Below, one piece after another: positions 58,239 through 64,000 of a DNA stretch of 64,000 nt; position 1 is the first letter of the stretch, and the number at the start of each line of letters is the position of its first letter. The notes under the pieces are model-generated. The model was given only the letters and a program-made list of their open reading frames with translations, was not told the origin of the DNA and did no database searches. Source of the DNA: Candidatus Omnitrophota bacterium (GTDB taxonomy: Bacteria; Omnitrophota; Gorgyraeia; JAHIPI01); assembly GCA_016783745.1 (NCBI GenBank), contig JADHVZ010000003.1, positions 7,112 to 71,111 of the forward strand, written 5' to 3'. The position numbers were made by a program, and so were the translations under genes.

Positions 58239-60677
58239 ATGGCGATGTTCAATAGATTTACAGAAAGGGCGAGAAAGGTTATTTTACTGGCTAAAGAGGA
58301 AGCCAAAAGATTTAACCATGACTATATCGGCACAGAACACGTACTACTGGGCCTGGTCAGAGAAGGTGAAGGGGTGGCGGCTGCCGTACTTGAAAGCCTG
58401 GGGCTAAGTTCTGATAATGTACGCATGGAGATCGAAAAGCTTGTGAAGGCCGGACCCAGTACTCTTATTTCCGGCGATTTACCGTTTACGCCAAAGGCTA
58501 AAAAAGTCATGGAGCTTTCTATGGATGAGGCAGTTTCTCTGGGCCATAATTATATCGGTACGGAACACCTGCTCTTAGGGCTTTTGCGTGAAGGAGAAGG
58601 TGTTGCCGCGCAGGTTTTGATAGCCTTAGGATTGGATATGAGTAAGGCCAGGACTGAGGTCATGAGGCTTCTGGGCTCCACTACTCCAGGCTTTGGAGCA
58701 CAGCAAAAATCTCAGGCAGCCCGGGGCCAGAAAAAGGCGCCGGCCCTTCAGGCTTTCGCCCGTGACCTGACTGAACTAGCGAAGCAGAATAAGCTGGATC
58801 CCGTAATAGGGCGCAGTAATGAGATAGAGAGAGTCATTCAGATATTGAGCAGGCGTACCAAGAATAATCCTGTTTTACTTGGCGAGGCCGGAGTCGGCAA
58901 GACCGCCATAGTTGAAGGACTTGCGCAGAAGATAATCAATGGTGACATACCGGAGACACTTAAGGGCAAACGGATCCTCATATTGGATCTTGCGCTTATG
59001 GTAGCCGGCACCAAGTATAGGGGGCAATTTGAAGAGAGAATAAAGGCCGTTATGGAGGAGATAAAGCGCTCCGACGAACTTATTATTTTCATAGATGAAC
59101 TTCATACACTTGTCGGCGCGGGCGCGGCAGAAGGCGCTATAGACGCGTCGAACATCTTAAAACCTTCGCTTTCCAGGGGGGAGATACAATGTATCGGCGC
59201 GACAACACTTGATGAGTATCGAAAACATATAGAGAAGGACGCCGCGTTAGAGAGAAGATTTCAGACTATCATGGTGGATCCGCCGACAGTGGAGGAGACA
59301 ATAGAGATACTCAAGGGTTTAAGGGATAAATATGAAGCGCACCATAGGGTGAAATTCACAGATGAGGCGGTTGAAGCCGCGGCCAGGTTATCGGATAGAT
59401 ATATCAGCGGAAGGTTTCTTCCGGATAAAGCAATAGACGTGATAGACGAAGCCGGTTCGCGCGCAAGGCTTGCCACTATGACCGTCCCTCCGGATGTGAA
59501 AAAACTGGAAGAGGAAATAGACAATTTTAAAAAAGAAAAAGACGCGGCTGTAGAGGCGCAGAATTTTGAAAAAGCGGCCGAATACAGAGACATGGAGAGA
59601 AAGTCAAGGGACACGCTTGTTGTTACCAAGAAAGAGTGGAGCCAGAAGAAGGGCACAGATGAACCCGAAGTAGGCGTCGAGGACATCGAAGTCATAGTGT
59701 CGAAATGGACAGGCATACCTCTTTCGAGATTGGAGGAAAAAGAAGGGGAAAAATTCCTTAAGATGGAAAATGGCCTTAAAAAGAAGGTAGTGGGCCAGAA
59801 TGAGGCGATCTCAGCTATCGCGCGCGCTGTCAGACGCTCGAGAGCGGGCATCAAAGACCCTAACAGACCCATAGGCTCATTCGTATTCCTGGGGCCGACA
59901 GGAGTCGGTAAGACACTTCTCGGCAGGGCCCTTGCGGAATACATGTTTGGTGATGAGAACGCCATAATCCAGATAGACATGTCAGAGTACATGGAGAAGT
60001 TTAACATCTCAAGGCTGGTCGGCGCGCCTCCGGGGTATGTGGGATACGAAGAAGGAGGCCAGCTTACTGAAAGGGTAAGGAGAAAACCTTATTCTGTCGT
60101 GCTTCTGGATGAGATTGAAAAAGCGCATCCCGACGTGTTCAATATTTTACTGCAGGTCATGGAGGAAGGGCGCATGACAGACTCTTTCGGCAGGCGCGTT
60201 GATTTCAAGAATACGATCATCATCATGACCTCGAATATCGGCGCGGAGATGCTGAGAAAACAGGGGGCTATAGGTTTCAAGACGCAAAATCAGGAACAAG
60301 AAAATTACAAGACTATGAAGTCAAGGCTGATGGATGAGGTAAAGAAGACATTTAAGCCGGAATTCCTTAACAGGGTCGACGATATAATAGTCTTCCACCA
60401 GTTGACAAGGGAAGACCTCAGCGAAATAGTAGACATAGAGATAATGGATGTAAAGGAGCGCCTTGAAAATCAGAATATTAAGATAACACTCGATAAAGAC
60501 GCGAGGGAATTTTTGGTGGAAAAAGGCTTTGACCCTGTTTTTGGAGCGAGGCCGCTTAAGAGGACCATTCAGAGGTACATCGAAGACCCTCTGGCGGAAG
60601 AGATAATCTCCGGAAAATTTAAATCCGGTTCCATGGTCAAGGTCACAAAGAAGGGGAATGAACTTGCTTTTAAATAA
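58239..60677 (+). CDS. clpC: ATP-dependent Clp protease ATP-binding subunit ClpC (double Clp_N, two AAA+ modules, UVR)
   Basis: Two Clp_N repeats, Walker A GEAGVGKT and GPTGVGKT, 812 aa. Confidence 0.9.
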   Translation: MAMFNRFTERARKVILLAKEEAKRFNHDYIGTEHVLLGLVREGEGVAAAVLESLGLSSDNVRMEIEKLVKAGPSTLISGDLPFTPKAKKVMELSMDEAVSLGHNYIGTEHLLLGLLREGEGVAAQVLIALGLDMSKARTEVMRLLGSTTPGFGAQQKSQAARGQKKAPALQAFARDLTELAKQNKLDPVIGRSNEIERVIQILSRRTKNNPVLLGEAGVGKTAIVEGLAQKIINGDIPETLKGKRILILDLALMVAGTKYRGQFEERIKAVMEEIKRSDELIIFIDELHTLVGAGAAEGAIDASNILKPSLSRGEIQCIGATTLDEYRKHIEKDAALERRFQTIMVDPPTVEETIEILKGLRDKYEAHHRVKFTDEAVEAAARLSDRYISGRFLPDKAIDVIDEAGSRARLATMTVPPDVKKLEEEIDNFKKEKDAAVEAQNFEKAAEYRDMERKSRDTLVVTKKEWSQKKGTDEPEVGVEDIEVIVSKWTGIPLSRLEEKEGEKFLKMENGLKKKVVGQNEAISAIARAVRRSRAGIKDPNRPIGSFVFLGPTGVGKTLLGRALAEYMFGDENAIIQIDMSEYMEKFNISRLVGAPPGYVGYEEGGQLTERVRRKPYSVVLLDEIEKAHPDVFNILLQVMEEGRMTDSFGRRVDFKNTIIIMTSNIGAEMLRKQGAIGFKTQNQEQENYKTMKSRLMDEVKKTFKPEFLNRVDDIIVFHQLTREDLSEIVDIEIMDVKERLENQNIKITLDKDAREFLVEKGFDPVFGARPLKRTIQRYIEDPLAEEIISGKFKSGSMVKVTKKGNELAFK

Positions 60678-61524
60678 AAATAACTCTGCGAATAACGGCG
60701 AAGAAGATCTTAGATTATTCGGGGAGACCTTTCGGGAAGTAAGAGGCTGGCCTAAAGCTATAGGCGGGAAATTTATCAGCGGCGTCGGTTATATAGGCGG
60801 CTCCTGCATACTTTTGGCCCAGACCGTCTTCTGGTCCTTCGCGGGCCCCCTTAAAAGAAGACATACCCTGGATCAGATGAGCAAAATAGGCGTAAACAGC
60901 CTGCCTATAGTGTTGATGATCAGTCTTTTTACGGGGATGGTGCTTGCTCTGCAGAGCGCTTATCAGATGCAGAAGATGTCCGCGGAGATGTATATCGCTT
61001 CGCTTGTGTCTCTTTCTATTACAAGGGAGCTCGGGCCTGTGCTTACCGCCCTGATAATAGCCGGCAGGGTCGGGGCCTCGATCACCGCAGAGCTTGGCAC
61101 TATGAAAGTGACCGAGCAGATAGACGCCCTCGAAGCCCTGGCGACTAATCCGGTCAGATACCTCGTGGTCCCGAGATTTCTGGCCCTTACGTTTATGCTC
61201 CCGCTTTTAACTATTTACGCCGACATAACAGGAATATTCGGAGGGTACGTAGTAGGCGTTTTCAAACTGGGGATAAGTTCGAATATGTATTGGAGGATGG
61301 CGTATGACCCCTTGATCTTTAAGGATATATTCACGGGCCTCATAAAAAGTTTCGCTTTCGGCATGATAATAGCGGTTGTAGCGTGTTTCCAGGGGCTTAA
61401 TACCGAAGGCGGAGCCGAAGGAGTGGGCAGAGCTACGACACTGGCAGTCGTCGTAAGCTTCATAATGATAATAGCCGCGGACTGTTTCTTTACGGCATTA
61501 TTTTATTTTGTTTACACCGTATAG
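60658..61524 (+). CDS. mlaE: Phospholipid ABC transporter permease MlaE
   Basis: ITRELGPVLTALIIAGRVGASITAELGTMKVTEQIDALEAL is the highly conserved MlaE/YrbE core. Confidence 0.8.
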   Translation: MNLLLNKNNSANNGEEDLRLFGETFREVRGWPKAIGGKFISGVGYIGGSCILLAQTVFWSFAGPLKRRHTLDQMSKIGVNSLPIVLMISLFTGMVLALQSAYQMQKMSAEMYIASLVSLSITRELGPVLTALIIAGRVGASITAELGTMKVTEQIDALEALATNPVRYLVVPRFLALTFMLPLLTIYADITGIFGGYVVGVFKLGISSNMYWRMAYDPLIFKDIFTGLIKSFAFGMIIAVVACFQGLNTEGGAEGVGRATTLAVVVSFIMIIAADCFFTALFYFVYTV

Positions 61525-61538
61525 ACCAAAGGTAAACC

Positions 61539-62300
61539 ATGATAGAAATTATAAATTTATGCAAATCCTTTGAAGACCACCTTGTTCTGGATAATTTAAA
61601 CCTGAATATCCAGAAAGGCGAGACAATGGTAATAATAGGCCGTTCCGGATGCGGGAAAAGCGTGATGCTTAAACACATAATCGGTATCATGAAGCCTGAC
61701 TCGGGGCAGGTCTTTGTCGATGGTTTGGATATGACGAGACTTAATTATAAGGAACTTAACGATTCACGGATGAAATTTGGGATGCTTTTTCAGGGAGCAG
61801 CGCTTTTTGATTCTTTGAGCATAGGTGAAAATGTTGGTTTTGCTTTGTATGAGCATACCAATCTTAGCAGATCGCAGATAGGGAAAAGGATCAAGGAGTG
61901 CCTGGAGCATGTAGGCCTGTCCGGGATAGAGAATCTGAAGCCCGCTGAACTTTCCGGCGGCATGAGAAAACGGGTAGGACTCGCGCGCGCTATCGCGGTC
62001 AACCCTGAGATCATAATGTACGATGAACCCACTACGGGCGTGGATCCCATAATGGGAGACGCCGTAAACGAACTTATAGTGGAATTGCACGATAAACTTA
62101 ACATCACTTCTATCGCGGTCACCCATGATATGATAAGCGCCTATAAGATCGCCGATAGGATAGCAATGTTATATGAAGGCAAGATAATCGAGGTAGGGAC
62201 TCCGGATGAGATCAAGAACACGAAGAACCCGATAGTAAAACAGTTCACAACAGGAGCCGCCACGGGCCCTATTACCGATAAAAAGAATTTATTAGATTAG
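61539..62300 (+). CDS. mlaF: Phospholipid ABC transporter ATP-binding protein MlaF
   Basis: Walker A GRSGCGKS, signature LSGGMRKRVGLARA, Walker B IMYDEPTTGVD. Confidence 0.8.
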   Translation: MIEIINLCKSFEDHLVLDNLNLNIQKGETMVIIGRSGCGKSVMLKHIIGIMKPDSGQVFVDGLDMTRLNYKELNDSRMKFGMLFQGAALFDSLSIGENVGFALYEHTNLSRSQIGKRIKECLEHVGLSGIENLKPAELSGGMRKRVGLARAIAVNPEIIMYDEPTTGVDPIMGDAVNELIVELHDKLNITSIAVTHDMISAYKIADRIAMLYEGKIIEVGTPDEIKNTKNPIVKQFTTGAATGPITDKKNLLD

Positions 62301-62312
62301 AGAGGAGAGCAA

Positions 62313-62933
62313 ATGAAAGTGATATCATTTGAGGTAAAGGTAGGGATTTTTATTCTTATAGGATTTATCCTTCTTTTTATAATGATATTTTCCATCGGTG
62401 AGGTCTACCTGTTCAAGCCAGGATATCATGTCAAGGTAACGTTCAATTTCGCCAACGGCATAGCGATGAACGCGCCTGTGCGGCTTGCCGGAATAGAGGT
62501 GGGTGAGGTGGAAGACATAAGGATATATTACGACACGAACGAAGAGCGCACAAAGGTGGAGCTCTCGGCCTGGATAAAGAGAGATATCTCCATCGAAGAG
62601 GACGCTAACGCGGTAATAAATACGCTGGGGCTTTTGGGTGAGAAATATCTGGAGATCTTCCCCGGAAAAAGCAAAAGGTTTCTGACAAGCGACAGCGTAC
62701 TTGTGGGAATAGACCCTGTATCGACAGAGAATATGACTATGGAGCTCAAAAAGCTTCTGGATACGCTTATTGATGTGGCCGAAGGCATTAAAAGAGGCGA
62801 GGGTACAGTAGGCAGGCTCTTTACGGATGACAGTTTATATCAGAATCTTGAGGAATTCACAGCCGACATAAAGAAAAACCCCTGGAAGTTGATGCACAGG
62901 TCTAAGGACAAGATTCAACGGGAAGAGGACTAA
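62313..62933 (+). CDS. mlaD: MCE-domain protein MlaD
   Basis: N-terminal transmembrane helix and MCE domain (VRLAGIEVGEVEDI). Confidence 0.7.
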   Translation: MKVISFEVKVGIFILIGFILLFIMIFSIGEVYLFKPGYHVKVTFNFANGIAMNAPVRLAGIEVGEVEDIRIYYDTNEERTKVELSAWIKRDISIEEDANAVINTLGLLGEKYLEIFPGKSKRFLTSDSVLVGIDPVSTENMTMELKKLLDTLIDVAEGIKRGEGTVGRLFTDDSLYQNLEEFTADIKKNPWKLMHRSKDKIQREED

Positions 62934-62954
62934 GAAGCTGTGATACGACCAATC

Positions 62955-64000
62955 ATGAAGACCAAGCAAAAGACCGTATTCACATGCCAGAGCTGCGGCT
63001 ATCAGTCGCCTAGGTGGCTTGGGAGATGCCCGGATTGTAATACATGGAATTCACTGGTCGAGGAATTTTCATCCGCTCCGTCTGTATCTAAGGCCGGGCC
63101 GGATAGCTTCAGGGTGGAGTATTCAAAAGAAAAGCCGCAGCCGCTGAATGCTATTAAGACCATAAATGAGGAGCGTTTTTCGACCGGCATAAGTGAACTT
63201 GACAGGGTGCTGGGAGGAGGGGTGGTCACAGGGTCGGTCATACTGACCGGCGGTGACCCCGGAATAGGAAAATCGACTCTGCTGCTGCAGGCTTCGGACT
63301 CACTGGCCAGAGACAAGAAAGTACTTTACGTAAGCGGTGAGGAGTCGATAAAGCAGACCAAGCTGCGGGCTGACAGGTTAGGGAGCGCCTCAAAAAACCT
63401 TTTCATCGTAAGCGAAACGAATCTCGATTCGATCTTTGATCATATCAATACGCTTAAGCCGGACTTCGTCATAATAGATTCGATACAGGTGATATATAAA
63501 GAAGACCTTTCGTCAAGCCCCGGCAGCGTCAGCCAGGTCAGGCTATGCGGCCAGGAGCTGACATTCATGGCGAAAAAATCCGGCATATCCGTGTTTTTAA
63601 TCGGCCACGTGACAAAAGAGGGAAACATCGCCGGGCCGCGTGTGCTTGAGCATATGGTGGATACGGTACTTTATTTTGAAGGCGAAAGCCAGAGAAGCTT
63701 CCGCCTTTTGCGGGCCGTGAAAAACAGGTTTGGCTCCACAAACGAGATCGGCATCTTCGAGATGACCGGAAAGGGCTTAAAAGAAGTCTCAAATCCTTCA
63801 GGTATCTTTATCGAAGAGAGGCCTAAGGATGTTTCCGGTTTCGCTATTGTGCCCACTATTGAAGGCACAAGGCCTCTTCTTGTGGAGATACAGGCGCTTG
63901 TGAAGGCTGCCAATCTCGCCGTTCCTAAAAGGGAAGCGAGAGGAATAGATTATAACAGAATATCTCTTATAACGGCTGTACTTGAGCGCCGCGTCGGCCT
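62955..64000 (+). CDS. radA: DNA repair protein RadA/Sms (5' part; continues beyond the window end)
   Basis: N-terminal zinc ribbon CQSCGYQSPRWLGRCPDCNTW, Walker A GGDPGIGKSTLLLQ, KNRFG motif. No stop codon before 64000. Confidence 0.85.
   Translation, partial: MKTKQKTVFTCQSCGYQSPRWLGRCPDCNTWNSLVEEFSSAPSVSKAGPDSFRVEYSKEKPQPLNAIKTINEERFSTGISELDRVLGGGVVTGSVILTGGDPGIGKSTLLLQASDSLARDKKVLYVSGEESIKQTKLRADRLGSASKNLFIVSETNLDSIFDHINTLKPDFVIIDSIQVIYKEDLSSSPGSVSQVRLCGQELTFMAKKSGISVFLIGHVTKEGNIAGPRVLEHMVDTVLYFEGESQRSFRLLRAVKNRFGSTNEIGIFEMTGKGLKEVSNPSGIFIEERPKDVSGFAIVPTIEGTRPLLVEIQALVKAANLAVPKREARGIDYNRISLITAVLERRVG

Overview
This ~64 kb window looks chromosomal and comes from a moderate-GC diderm bacterium: LptF/LptG, LolCDE and MlaEFD envelope systems are all present. 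Genes use AGA/AGG Arg codons and GTG starts are frequent. Coding density is high and almost everything is on the + strand.

Content in order:
- A frameshifted AlaDH/PNT-family dehydrogenase.
- A stand-alone CheY-like receiver and a CARDB-domain secreted protein.
- A nucleoside phosphorylase-family gene divergent from a spore-photoproduct-lyase-type radical SAM gene.
- A solute-binding lipoprotein.
- A possible operon of a cNMP-binding protein, a small unknown protein, a beta-CASP MBL nuclease and a radical SAM enzyme.
- An AddA/AddB-like helicase-nuclease pair, an M29-like peptidase, a DinG-family helicase and a flavin reductase.
- Membrane proteins, an EF-hand protein, an M48 peptidase and a second radical SAM gene (pyruvate formate-lyase activase type), dtd and a nitroreductase.
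- A four-tRNA cluster: Arg-TCG, Leu-TAG, Lys-CTT, Gly-GCC.
- A permease-less PTS module: ptsN-like, yvcK-like, ptsH, ptsI.
- A bifunctional PGI/PMI-type SIS isomerase and a sugar nucleotidyltransferase.
- metK, ahcY, pfkA and a class II aldolase.
- A 1007-aa LVIVD/dockerin/beta-helix surface protein.
- lptG/lptF and comF on the - strand.
- A CHASE2-PP2C phosphatase and two paralogous HAMP-only membrane proteins.
- lysS, lolE/lolD, ilvE-type aminotransferase, mcsA-mcsB-clpC, mlaEFD and the start of radA.

Most notable non-coding content:
- A leader at 50.5 kb strongly resembles a class I c-di-GMP (GEMM) riboswitch. It is followed by an intrinsic terminator and a PilZ-domain gene. The ~1.05 kb unit is bracketed by ~100 bp direct repeats, each containing a 57-bp palindrome and GTCCCC/GGGGAC micro-repeat arrays.
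- Several intergenic spacers hold long imperfect hairpins built from tandem 7-8 bp units followed by the same number of reverse-complement units (7-nt period), each with a different unit sequence.
- A 106-bp GC-rich triple-hairpin insert, flanked by an 11-bp duplication of the tRNA-Arg 5' end.
- Paired palindromic operators in the promoter of the DNA-repair radical SAM gene.

No CRISPR array, transposase or integrase was seen.
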